Assembly (NCBI GenBank): GCA_023245355.1
Contig: JAHFKN010000003.1
Coordinates: 1 to 55,006 of the forward strand
Length of the DNA stretch: 55,006 nucleotides
Reading direction: 5' to 3'
DNA from: Candidatus Gottesmanbacteria bacterium
Lineage (GTDB): Bacteria > Patescibacteriota > Microgenomatia > UBA10105 > UBA927
Below are positions 39,164 to 48,307 of the stretch, piece by piece (the stretch's first letter is position 1; each line of letters begins with the position of its first letter). A program made the position numbers and the translations under genes. The notes beneath the pieces were generated by a model, which was given only the letters and a program-made list of their open reading frames with translations, did no database searches and was not told where the DNA came from.

Positions 39164-39565
39164 ATGAAATATCATACAAGAGCAGCGTATTCATGGTTTA
39201 TACCCGGTATCGTCTTATTTATCGTTATGTCGTTTACATTCATAGCGCTCTACCTGGGTATGTCAGAGTCACAGGATGTGCGAAGCAGAGCTGCAGAGCC
39301 CGATGATACGCGAGAGATACCGAATTTTACAATTCCACATCCGTCGGGGGTCATATCGGGTACCCCCAATCCAATACCGAGTGTATCGGGATATGTGCGT
39401 ACTACGGGCGTGATCGTTAGCACGGGGGTTCCTGGCTGGTCACGGGGACCCTTACAGACACCAAGGCCGACACCCTCGATATCACCGACGATTCGTCCAT
39501 TTCCTCCCTGTAATATCGTGCTTACGTTTATGAGGCGCCCGTGTATACCACAGGTTGTAGATTAG
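39164..39565 (+). CDS. Membrane-anchored Pro/Thr/Ser-rich protein
   Basis: TM then SQDVRSRAA; TPRPTPSISPT; terminal C-x10-C. Confidence 0.7.
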   Translation: MKYHTRAAYSWFIPGIVLFIVMSFTFIALYLGMSESQDVRSRAAEPDDTREIPNFTIPHPSGVISGTPNPIPSVSGYVRTTGVIVSTGVPGWSRGPLQTPRPTPSISPTIRPFPPCNIVLTFMRRPCIPQVVD

Positions 39566-40212
39566 AGTTTCTTGAGAGAAGCAATCATTGCATCGACTTC
39601 CGATAGAAGCGCATCTTCAGCGCCCAATGTCGTAGTAAGACTCATATGCCCGAATACCGTAGGCTGTCCGTAGTTTTCCGACCCTTTTTGACATACCGTA
39701 TACCCTTTGGTTGATCCTTTTGTGCCCCCGCGGCGTAATACGATGCCGTCAGAGGTCGTTATCGTGACGTACGTGTCATACCGGGAGCTTGGGCCTTCGA
39801 AGTCAGCATCAGACGGATACAGGCAGAGGGCTCCTCCGGTGGCAGCCTGGAAAATTTTAAGTTTTGTGGTCCCTTTGGTAAGTGTGAGCGTATCGGCCCA
39901 TGTACCCTCATTGGTTGTGATATGGTCAGGTATCCAGCCTTCAGGCACGGTCATCTGGTATTTGGTGAAACTGAGTCCTGATTCGGTTCCCAGGCCTGCT
40001 GTGATCGTTTTGGCCGGTTTAAATCCTTCCGGCAGGCTTTCCGGCTTCAGCCCGGGGTCCATCGTGGGTGTCGGCATGGCTGTGGTGGACGCAGCTCCGG
40101 AATTTGATCCCGGCTGGGAAGATTTCCCCAACGAATACGCGCCGTAGGCGATGCTGCCCAGGAGGAGGATAACGAGCACAATTTTGCCCAGGAGCGCAAA
40201 AAACTTTTCCAT
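39562..40212 (-). CDS. Membrane-anchored exported protein
   Basis: N-terminal TM, PTPT linker, YQMTVPEGW, C-terminal VDAMIASLK. Upstream TTGACA-17-GACAAT. Confidence 0.75.
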   Translation of the reverse strand: MEKFFALLGKIVLVILLLGSIAYGAYSLGKSSQPGSNSGAASTTAMPTPTMDPGLKPESLPEGFKPAKTITAGLGTESGLSFTKYQMTVPEGWIPDHITTNEGTWADTLTLTKGTTKLKIFQAATGGALCLYPSDADFEGPSSRYDTYVTITTSDGIVLRRGGTKGSTKGYTVCQKGSENYGQPTVFGHMSLTTTLGAEDALLSEVDAMIASLKKL

Positions 40213-40710
40213 CGACAATATTGTCACAGGTTGACGGGGTGTTGTCAAACGCGTCAGCCTATTTTAGCCGTGCGTTTTAGTTGTTTAAAGTTGAACTATA
40301 GGGTATAATATCAATTCGCAAATAGTTACGCATTACCCACATCGCGGGTTTTGTCGTGGTTGTTTGCTCCTAATAGCCTATGGCTAAAAGGTAGCTCTTT
40401 AACAAAACGAGAATTAGAAAACCATCTGCTTCGTTATCATTTATCCTGTTTCCCCCTATCATGTTTAGCAAACTATAGGGTTTGCTTCGCTTGTTAGGGG
40501 GAAATAATAATTCTAAATTGGGGGATATATAACACGTTATCACTTCACTCATGTAAGAAAGGATAAATGTAGACAAAAGTAGATTACATACGATTATAGG
40601 AAGCTCTGGTATTTATACCCCAGAAACGGCGTCTATGCTTCCGCGGCTTTGTACCCCAAGGCCCAAGACGACACCATCAGTCAAACGAATAAGAGTAACA
40701 GGAGAGAACC

Positions 40711-41652
40711 ATGAAAATCGTAGTCGTAGGTTCAGGAATTGTAGGTCAGGCGACCGGTATCGGACTCAGCAAAGACCACCAGGTCACGTTTTTGGATATC
40801 AATCCAGAGGTCGTGGAGGCGTTATCGCTTCGCGGTTTCGACGCACGCTTGGTCACTCAGCCGGGAGAATTGCATTTCGACATCGTCATGCTGTGCGTAA
40901 GCACGCCATCCGCTGAAGACGGGTCAGTCAATCTGTCCCACATCAAGAGCGCGATGGATGACGTCGAGAAATTGCTTCTCAAAAACAACAAATGGTCACT
41001 TGTTGTCGTCCGTTCCACTGTGCCGCCCACAACCACAGAGCGCGTGCTCGTGCCATTGTTGGAGAGAAACGGCTTACTGCGCGGCAGGGATTTCGGTGTC
41101 TGCATGCAGCCCGAGTTTTTGCGCGCGAAAAGTTCGGTCGAAGATTTTGCCAACCCGTGGGTCACAGTCATCGGCGAATTGGATACCCGCTCAGGCGACC
41201 TGTTGACACAGGTATATCAGACCTTCAGCGGGAAGTTGTTCCGTGTATCCATTGCGGAAGCCGAAATGATCAAGTACGTCCATAATTTGCGAAACGCACT
41301 GGTTATCAGTTTTGCAAATGAAATGTGGTTGTTGAACCAGCACCTTGGTGAGGCTACCGATATCAACAAAGTGTTGAGTGTCGTGACAGTCTCTGCTGAG
41401 AGCGCATGGAATCCGCAATACGGAAGTGTCGGCGGTCAGCCATATGGCGGCACGTGCTTACCGAAGGATACGAACGGCTTGCTGCATTTTGCCGGAACGC
41501 ACGGGTTAAACCTTCCGCTTCTTGCCGCAGTCATCGCCGTCAATACAATCATGGAAGATCTCGCGACTCGTGGACAGGTTCCATCGGCGCAGATTGAAGG
41601 GCTTTGTTGGAAACCAGCACCCGTCATGATACAGGAGGTGAGCCGGGAATAA
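40711..41652 (+). CDS. ugd: UDP-glucose/GDP-mannose dehydrogenase family protein lacking the C-terminal domain
   Basis: GSGIVG, CVSTP, RSTVPP, PEFLR, AEMIKY..N...A..ISFANE, YGGTCLPKD. Confidence 0.85.
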   Translation: MKIVVVGSGIVGQATGIGLSKDHQVTFLDINPEVVEALSLRGFDARLVTQPGELHFDIVMLCVSTPSAEDGSVNLSHIKSAMDDVEKLLLKNNKWSLVVVRSTVPPTTTERVLVPLLERNGLLRGRDFGVCMQPEFLRAKSSVEDFANPWVTVIGELDTRSGDLLTQVYQTFSGKLFRVSIAEAEMIKYVHNLRNALVISFANEMWLLNQHLGEATDINKVLSVVTVSAESAWNPQYGSVGGQPYGGTCLPKDTNGLLHFAGTHGLNLPLLAAVIAVNTIMEDLATRGQVPSAQIEGLCWKPAPVMIQEVSRE

Positions 41653-41714
41653 ATAACCGCACGCGTATCTCTATCGATAACAAATCCTTGCAAATCTAGA
41701 CATAAGGAGTACGA

Positions 41715-43031
41715 ATGATTACGTTTATTTACGAATGGATTGTCGCTCTGACAAAGGGTTGGGGATCCGGGGATCGTGAAGCATTCCTGATATTGGTATC
41801 CGGACTGTGGATCCTCTGGATGTATGTGTTTATCGCCACGCGTTTCTATAAGCCGTGGGGTGCCCGTTTTAACAGCACGGTCTCGGTCATCGTTCCTGTC
41901 TACAAAGAAGATTGGAACACGTTTCTTGCTGTCATGGCATCCATTACCGATTCGCGGTACCCGATTTCCGAAATACTGGTGATCGGTGATGTTCGAGAGC
42001 CGCAGTTTGTCAGGATGTGTGAACGGCATTGGGCAACCGACCGGTTGATCCGCGTGCTGGAAGCACCCGCAGGCAAACGCGCCGCGATCCGCATGGGTGT
42101 GGAAGCCGCGACGTCAGAGATCGTGATGGTCATTGAAAGCGACACCTTTGCCGGTCCGGAAAGCATCGGGGAGCTTCTGCGTCCCTTTGCTGATCTTATG
42201 ATCGGTGGTGTTGTCGGCAAGCAGCTCATTTATGAGCCGCATTCGATCACTGCAGTTCTGAACAACTGGGCAGAGGCGATCAAATACGCCTTCATCATCC
42301 CGTTCCAGTCAATGACACGTTCCGTGACTGTGCTTGGCGGCCGGTGTGTTGCATACCGCAGAGCAGCCGTGCTGCCACTGATGGAGAGTCTGACTACGGA
42401 GAAATTCCTTGGCTTTCCCTGTCAGGCAGGTGACGACGGACGACTGACCAGCCTTCTTATGGCAACCGGATGGGGAGCGGTGTATCAAAGCACTGCCGAC
42501 TTCCGGACTGTCAGCCCTGAGACCTATTTCGGTTTGCTGATGCAGCGGCTCCGCTGGTTTCGAAATAGCTGCCGCCGCACGCTCCGCGCGTTTTTCTGCA
42601 TTCCGGAAAAACACGTGCCGAATGCTGACCGGTTCTGGGTCTATAAACGACCGCGGGCGCTGTACCAAATGGTCCGCACCTGGTTGGGCTCAGTGATCAT
42701 GATCATGCTGTGGTATCTGTTCATCAAGTCCGTTTGGATGGGATATTACTTCCACTGGAACACGTGGTTTGCCTCGCTCGGCGTCGTGCCGGTGTGGTGG
42801 ATCGTGGTCCGTGTGCTGGGAATTTCCATTCTGGGCGCCGTGATTACCCGCGCGATCAAGTCCTATCCGATTTTCCAGACGAACAGCCGATGGTGGCTGC
42901 TCGCATTGCCGTTGTTCCCGCTCCACATGAGTATCATGATGGTTGCGCTTCGGCTTATTGCCATTCCCACGATGTGGAAGAGTGGCTGGCTGTCGCGTAA
43001 ATACAGCGGAAAAGGAGGGTTCCAAAACTAA
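41715..43031 (+). CDS. Processive GT2, hyaluronan-synthase (HasA)-like
   Basis: VSVIVPVYKE, GKRAA, IESDT, GGRCVAYRR, FLG..C.AGDD..LT, YQSTA, QRLRWFR; N- and C-terminal TMs. Confidence 0.8.
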   Translation: MITFIYEWIVALTKGWGSGDREAFLILVSGLWILWMYVFIATRFYKPWGARFNSTVSVIVPVYKEDWNTFLAVMASITDSRYPISEILVIGDVREPQFVRMCERHWATDRLIRVLEAPAGKRAAIRMGVEAATSEIVMVIESDTFAGPESIGELLRPFADLMIGGVVGKQLIYEPHSITAVLNNWAEAIKYAFIIPFQSMTRSVTVLGGRCVAYRRAAVLPLMESLTTEKFLGFPCQAGDDGRLTSLLMATGWGAVYQSTADFRTVSPETYFGLLMQRLRWFRNSCRRTLRAFFCIPEKHVPNADRFWVYKRPRALYQMVRTWLGSVIMIMLWYLFIKSVWMGYYFHWNTWFASLGVVPVWWIVVRVLGISILGAVITRAIKSYPIFQTNSRWWLLALPLFPLHMSIMMVALRLIAIPTMWKSGWLSRKYSGKGGFQN

Positions 43032-43067
43032 TCTCAGGTTAGTCATAACATGAGAACAATCGGAGGA

Positions 43068-43109
43068 ACCAGGGTACCCTGCATTGCACGAGAGGGCAGG
43101 GACCCTGGT
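43068..43109. other. Strong intergenic hairpin within the polysaccharide cassette
   Basis: ACCAGGGT(A)CCCTGC ... GCAGGGACCCTGGT inverted repeat with no U-tract. Confidence 0.6.
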
Positions 43110-43141
43110 AACTCTTATCTCCAATACGAGGAGGAAGGTCA

Positions 43142-44791
43142 ATGAAACGAAAAGACGTACTTCCGTTACTCATCATCGGTGTGTTCGTAACGCTCCTGTT
43201 GCGCGGCACCCTGAGAGCGGGATTTCCTGACTGGTTCGAAAACTACGGCAGTTACATGTCGCAGGTAATGTTATTGCGTGACAGTGGAGGCACCTGGTTT
43301 ACGCAGAATTGGTATTTCGGATATGAAATAGGCAGATACTACCCGCCGATGGCAATTCTTGAAACGCTGCTTATCGGTAACATAGTAGGAGACTACTCAC
43401 TTGCGTTCAATCTGCTGGCGTACGCGGCGTTTATCGGTATGGGGATAGCATTCTATGCATTCCTGCGGCGAGAATTCGAGAGCGAATGGGCGACATTGGT
43501 TGCCGTTCTGCTTTTTATAACGAGCCACAGCGTCATCACCGGCGTGCAGGGATTTTACTGGGAAGTGCCGCATCTTATCGGATTTGCACTTATTCCGGTT
43601 CTGCTCATCAACGTCCGTTCCGCACTCCAAAAGCAGTCGCTGCTCGCTTCATGTATTGCCGGTTTGGTGTTCGGGGCTATTGTGCTCCACAACATTCTGG
43701 CAGGCACGGAAGCGGTCATATTTACGGCACTCTATGTCGTGAAGATGATGCTAAGTGGTTGGAGACCGACGAAGCAGACTGTGTATCAAGTGATGCTGAT
43801 GGGTATGAGCGTTATCGCGGTTGCTGGTTGGTGGCTCGTACCGGCAATATTCCCGGAAGGTCTGGGTATATATACCAAGAATGAGAGTTTTTCTTTGCAG
43901 GGATTAGTGACGCTGTCGGGTGAAGCCGAAAAGCATGATCATTTTTACCTGCTGAGTATTCTCTCAGTGCCGGGCGTTCTGGCTATCGCAGGATTGCTGT
44001 CGTTCATCCGGAAGCCGAAAGCGGTTGATTGGTTTGCGATCCTTATCCTGGGTGTAGCGACACTCTTCGTAGTTATACCCGCGCCGCAAGGCTGGAGATA
44101 TATCGTGGACATGTCGTTGGGAATTTCCATCCTGAGCGGACGGCTTTTCGAGCGTCTGGTGCTCTCAAGCCGGAAGTATGCCAACGTCATCGCTGTAGTG
44201 ATAGGTGTCGCCGTTTTGCTTCATGCGGGCAGTGTCGCTGACCGGGTGGGCTCACGGATCCAGGTAAGTCAGACGTCGTATAAGAGCTCGATCGTGTACA
44301 TCGTCGAGAGTGCGGTCCGCGCTATGATGAAGCCCGATGATGTCGTATACATTGCGTATGCAGACGGATTCCGCGGCGGACCTATGGCGTTTAACCTGTT
44401 CTTTCCCGATGCGGCTCAAGTTGGTGGCGGATCATTCGTCGGGAACCGCAGTGAAGATGCCAAACAAATCGGAGCGTATGTAAAAAGCGGAGACATGCCG
44501 GAGTCTCTGGACAATCTGCTTAAGGATCACGGAGTAACCTATCTTGTCGTCAACCGGGTAAAACTGGAAAAGACGGATGCGTTCGATGTGCTTCTGAGGC
44601 GGTATCAGATCGTGTACGAGTATGACTATATGACCGTGTTATACACGGGATATCATGCTGCGCAGCCCGTTGTTTCGTACGAGTATGCAAATATGTGGCG
44701 CGTGGTGGGTATCATCACAAGTTTACTTGCCGTGTTGGTCATAGAATTCTATCTGATCCAACGTGATATGCACCAACTGGTACGACGCTGA
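43142..44791 (+). CDS. GT-C-fold polytopic membrane protein ('PTPS-related' family)
   Basis: W...WYFGY...RYYPP, ~12 TMs, H...G, WWLVP, outer domain L...GVTYLVV, final TM. Confidence 0.75.
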   Translation: MKRKDVLPLLIIGVFVTLLLRGTLRAGFPDWFENYGSYMSQVMLLRDSGGTWFTQNWYFGYEIGRYYPPMAILETLLIGNIVGDYSLAFNLLAYAAFIGMGIAFYAFLRREFESEWATLVAVLLFITSHSVITGVQGFYWEVPHLIGFALIPVLLINVRSALQKQSLLASCIAGLVFGAIVLHNILAGTEAVIFTALYVVKMMLSGWRPTKQTVYQVMLMGMSVIAVAGWWLVPAIFPEGLGIYTKNESFSLQGLVTLSGEAEKHDHFYLLSILSVPGVLAIAGLLSFIRKPKAVDWFAILILGVATLFVVIPAPQGWRYIVDMSLGISILSGRLFERLVLSSRKYANVIAVVIGVAVLLHAGSVADRVGSRIQVSQTSYKSSIVYIVESAVRAMMKPDDVVYIAYADGFRGGPMAFNLFFPDAAQVGGGSFVGNRSEDAKQIGAYVKSGDMPESLDNLLKDHGVTYLVVNRVKLEKTDAFDVLLRRYQIVYEYDYMTVLYTGYHAAQPVVSYEYANMWRVVGIITSLLAVLVIEFYLIQRDMHQLVRR

Positions 44792-44801
44792 TCGGTTTTC
44801 A

Positions 44802-44846
44802 AAATCAGGAGATTCGCTCTTTCAGGAGTTTCCTGATTTGTCTTTA
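44802..44846 (+). terminator. Probable intrinsic terminator of the polysaccharide cassette
   Basis: AAATCAGGAGATTC / GAGTTTCCTGATTT stem followed by a T-rich run. Confidence 0.55.
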
Positions 44847-45012
44847 TTCGTGGTGTTATTGCCACACTTAATTCTCGTTTTACCGCGGTGGATGCGGTCT
44901 TTTGTTTATGTCGCCCCCTTTTTCAGGGCACCTATTCAAAAGACCACAAACTTAATCCACCGCATTCCTGAGTCGTGTATGAAGTATACGCGCCTGAGGA
45001 ATGCGTACAGAC

Positions 45013-45046
45013 CACTAAAAATCTCCCTCGCGGGAGATTCTTAGTG
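45013..45046 (-). terminator. Intrinsic terminator downstream of rplL
   Basis: AATCTCCC-GCGA-GGGAGATT followed by TTT on the minus strand. Confidence 0.7.
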
Positions 45047-45063
45047 TTTATATTTGTATCCTC

Positions 45064-45450
45064 TTACTTAAGTTCGACTTTTGCACCAGCTGCTTCAAGC
45101 TTTTTCTTCGCTTCTTCTGCTGCTGATTTTGCGACTCCCGTTACCACTTCTTTCGGAGCGGACTCAACGAGTGTCTTTGCTTCCTGAAGACCCAAGGTCG
45201 GAACGAGTTCACGGACTGCTTTGATTACTCCGATCTTGTTGGCTCCTGCTTCTGTCAAAACGACATTGAATACGGTTTGTTCTTCTTTCGGTTCACCTGC
45301 ATCAGCTGATGCGGCGGCTGCTCCTGCGACTGCCACTGGAGCGGCGGTGACACCAAATTTCTCTTCAAGTGCTTTAACGAGATCAGAAAGTTCCAATACG
45401 GTCATCTCTTCTACTGCTGCTAAAATTTCATCTTTTGATAGTTTTGCCAT
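45064..45450 (-). CDS. rplL: 50S ribosomal protein L7/L12
   Basis: [54 protein letters not shown]. Confidence 0.98.
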   Translation of the reverse strand: MAKLSKDEILAAVEEMTVLELSDLVKALEEKFGVTAAPVAVAGAAAASADAGEPKEEQTVFNVVLTEAGANKIGVIKAVRELVPTLGLQEAKTLVESAPKEVVTGVAKSAAEEAKKKLEAAGAKVELK

Positions 45451-45469
45451 AGTTATAGTGTCACCTCCT

Positions 45470-45982
45470 TTACGATTTTTTTCCTTTGACGGCGTCAAGC
45501 GCCCATACAAGTTTATTCATGTTCCACTGTAATGCATAATGAAGTCCCTGAATCGGGGCATTGAGCTGGCGGACAAGTTTGCCAAGCAATGCCTCACGGG
45601 ACGGCAGGGTAGCCAGCCTCGAAACATCCGCGTCTGTCATAAACGTGGAACCCATTAGCCCTGCTTTGGTTTTACCCATGCCTGCGGCTTTAAAAAACTT
45701 GAGAAGTTCTTTGAGCGGAGCGACTTCGTCCTCATAGGCAAAAAGCACTGCCGTTTCGTTGTTTAAGGTTTCTTTGAGAGACTCTGCCCGGTCACCGAGT
45801 GCGCGAAGGACCAGCCTGTTTTTGGCGATCATAAATTCACCGTTTGTTTTTTTGAGATTGCGGCGCAGTTCTTCCAGCTGTTTATGCTTCAGTCCGCGGT
45901 AGTCGGCAAGTACCATGACTTTGGCGCGGCCCACCTTTTCCGTGAGTGTCGTGACTGAATCTATTTTGCGTTGTGTTGCCAT
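45470..45982 (-). CDS. rplJ: 50S ribosomal protein L10
   Basis: [25 protein letters not shown]; directly upstream of rplL. Confidence 0.95.
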   Translation of the reverse strand: MATQRKIDSVTTLTEKVGRAKVMVLADYRGLKHKQLEELRRNLKKTNGEFMIAKNRLVLRALGDRAESLKETLNNETAVLFAYEDEVAPLKELLKFFKAAGMGKTKAGLMGSTFMTDADVSRLATLPSREALLGKLVRQLNAPIQGLHYALQWNMNKLVWALDAVKGKKS

Positions 45983-46011
45983 AATACCTCCTAATTTGTT
46001 CGCTAATTGCC

Positions 46012-46122
46012 AAATAAAACCCCGCCTAAAGCGGGGAATATGGGGCGGAAAGCCGCCTCAACTATATTCCTTCGGTAGGGCTTCTGTCCGATCTTGTCGG
46101 ACTGCCTACTGTCTTTAGGATA
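46012..46122 (-). promoter_or_regulatory. L10 leader (r-protein autoregulatory RNA) with attenuator
   Basis: Minus strand CCTAAAGACAGTAGG...CCTACCGAAGG, then terminator CCCCGC-TTTAG-GCGGGG-TTTTATTT; promoter TTGTAA-16-TATAAT at 46128-46155. Confidence 0.8.
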
Positions 46123-46162
46123 TGAGTATTATATCAGATAGTTTTGTATTTACAACCTAGCA

Positions 46163-46414
46163 TTACTCCGATTCGGTCCGCGATCGGGATTCACGCTCAG
46201 ACCTTCTTTTTCGTGCCCGCTCTTCGGCTTGCTCGTTGGCCAGTTGTAATTTGGATTCACGGTCTCTTTTTTCTCTTTGCCGGAGTTTTATCTGTTCTAT
46301 CAGATCGCTAAGACTCGGTAATCTGTGAGCGGCGGCTGCATCAGATTCTTCCAGTTCCCGCATCTTATCGAGTGTCTCCTGCGGGATGATTGGACGGGAT
46401 TTACGTAAAGGCAT
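46163..46414 (-). CDS. Small charged coiled-coil hypothetical protein
   Basis: 83-aa Arg/Glu-rich ORF between rplA and rplJ. Confidence 0.55.
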   Translation of the reverse strand: MPLRKSRPIIPQETLDKMRELEESDAAAAHRLPSLSDLIEQIKLRQREKRDRESKLQLANEQAEERARKRRSERESRSRTESE

Positions 46415-46454
46415 ATAGGGGATTATTGATATTTATAATACTATCCTGCATTGT

Positions 46455-46877
46455 CTACTCCGTCCACATGGTAATACCGCCTGATAAATCATCGGTAAAC
46501 AACGTCACTGCATTGTCCCTTCCGCGTTCGATATGGTGAAACGACGGTTCTCCCTGTTTGAAATACATGCCTTCATGTGCGCCGGATCCGGTATGGTCTT
46601 TTCTTCTGGGGCGGAATGCCCGGACTTCAGGAAATACCAATGTTCCATTCACTTCTACGCTTGCCGTGGCTCCGCTTGGAACGACGACGACGCCGTTTGC
46701 AACCTGTGTTCCTTCTATCCAGGGGGTAAGGCATCGTCTGCGGCCGATAAGGGTAGTGACCCCGTCGGCGCTTGCTTCATCTTTTTGGATGCTCAGATGG
46801 GTGTATCCGCGGCCGGATTCGAGTTCTTTTACACGGATAGAGGTGCCTGCAGCTGGTGCTATAAACACGCGTCCCAT
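46455..46877 (-). CDS. Hypothetical protein
   Basis: 140-aa ORF starting 10 nt after the rplA stop. Confidence 0.55.
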   Translation of the reverse strand: MGRVFIAPAAGTSIRVKELESGRGYTHLSIQKDEASADGVTTLIGRRRCLTPWIEGTQVANGVVVVPSGATASVEVNGTLVFPEVRAFRPRRKDHTGSGAHEGMYFKQGEPSFHHIERGRDNAVTLFTDDLSGGITMWTE

Positions 46878-46887
46878 ATGGAGTAGT

Positions 46888-47748
46888 TTACAGGGAGACT
46901 TTGACTCCCGGGCCCATGGTAGAAGACAGAGAGACCCTGGCGACTTTGTTGCCGATTGCAGTAAGGACTGCCGTGATGTTATCCGCGATGTCTTTGTCGT
47001 TGAAACTTACTTTTCCGATCGGCATATGGATAATCGGGTTACCCGGTTCTGTTTTGATGTTTACCTGACCGCTGGAAAGTTCTTTCGCGCGTTTTTCCGG
47101 ATCCGGACTCACAGTACCGGTTTTGGGATTCGGCATAAGCCCTTTGGGGCCCAATATGCGTGCGACTTTGGCCAGTTTACTCATCATTTGCGGGTGGGCG
47201 ACTAATACATCAAAATTGATTTTCCCGGCTTCGACTTCTGCCAATATTTTGTCGTCTGCGATAGCGACTCTGACTTCTTTCCCTGTTCCGTGCGGAAGGG
47301 AAACGCTGGTACGGTAATCCTTTTTCTCACCCAGTGAGAGGGGATTTAAGTTGATATGCAGTTCTACCGTACCGTCAAATTTGGTGAGACTGGTTTGTTT
47401 GACCAGGCTGATTGCATCTTTTAGGGGATACAGCTTCGTTTTGTCGACCATGCCTATGACTTCCTGATAGCGCTTAGACCGGACTTTCACTTTTACTTTT
47501 TTCTTTTTTTCCGCTTTCTTTTTGCTTTCTGCGGGTGTTTCTCCGCTTTCGACTTCATCGATGAGTTTTTTAAATTCCGGTTTGATGTCGGTTCCTTCCA
47601 TAGCAACCGTGCGTTCGCCGCCTTTGAGTCCTACGCCCTCAACTTTGGCCTTTTTGGAGGCTTTGGTTTGGCGCCGTGCTTCGGCTTTGCGTTTTGCTTC
47701 GTGTTCTGCTGCCTCGTCTCCGAGGGTGACTGCGCGTATTTTTCCCAT
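46888..47748 (-). CDS. rplA: 50S ribosomal protein L1 with long N-terminal extension
   Basis: KFDGTVELH, LPHGTGK, FDVLVA, ILGPKGLMPNPKTGTV, IGKVSF, STMGPGVKV. Confidence 0.96.
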   Translation of the reverse strand: MGKIRAVTLGDEAAEHEAKRKAEARRQTKASKKAKVEGVGLKGGERTVAMEGTDIKPEFKKLIDEVESGETPAESKKKAEKKKKVKVKVRSKRYQEVIGMVDKTKLYPLKDAISLVKQTSLTKFDGTVELHINLNPLSLGEKKDYRTSVSLPHGTGKEVRVAIADDKILAEVEAGKINFDVLVAHPQMMSKLAKVARILGPKGLMPNPKTGTVSPDPEKRAKELSSGQVNIKTEPGNPIIHMPIGKVSFNDKDIADNITAVLTAIGNKVARVSLSSTMGPGVKVSL

Positions 47749-47752
47749 AGTA

Positions 47753-48178
47753 TTACTCCACGTCGATGCCCATGCTCCGGGCTGTGCCGGCTACGACTTT
47801 CATCGCCTGGGAAACATCATCGGTATTTAAATCTGCCAGTTTGTCTTTGGCGATCTGCTCAACTTGAGCTTTTGTCAGTTTTCCTGCTGACTCCCTGCCT
47901 GCCTTGCCGCCGCCTTTGTCTATGCCGAGTGCTTTTTTGATCATTGCGGCAACAGGAGGCAATTTTGTGACAAAGGTAAACGTCCGGTCCTCATAGACCG
48001 TGATAACTGCCGGTATGGTTTGGCCTTCCAGCTTTGCGGTCCGTTCGTTATACGCTTTGACGAACTCCATAATGGCAAGTCCGTGCTGACCCAACGCGGG
48101 TCCTACTGGCGGAGCTGCCGTGGCTTTGCCTGCGGGCAAGTTAAGTTTTAAGAGTGTTTTGACTTTTTTGGCTGCCAT
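47753..48178 (-). CDS. rplK: 50S ribosomal protein L11
   Basis: [39 protein letters not shown]. Confidence 0.98.
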   Translation of the reverse strand: MAAKKVKTLLKLNLPAGKATAAPPVGPALGQHGLAIMEFVKAYNERTAKLEGQTIPAVITVYEDRTFTFVTKLPPVAAMIKKALGIDKGGGKAGRESAGKLTKAQVEQIAKDKLADLNTDDVSQAMKVVAGTARSMGIDVE

Positions 48179-48298
48179 AGATTCGGGGAACGGGTTACGA
48201 AGAAAAGAAGATTCTTTTTGTCCGAAACCGTTCCGGTTTCTCCCTCACGCGACGCGCGAGGTACCTGAAACTATACCATAACGGTATTGTTTGGGCAA
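48179..48298 (-). promoter_or_regulatory. rplK promoter and structured leader (possible L1-binding site)
   Basis: TTGCCC-17-TATAGT; leader has a GGAACGG/CCGTTCC stem next to GGGAG. L1 binding is inferred from position only. Confidence 0.4.
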
Positions 48299-48307
48299 GG
48301 GGAGTAT

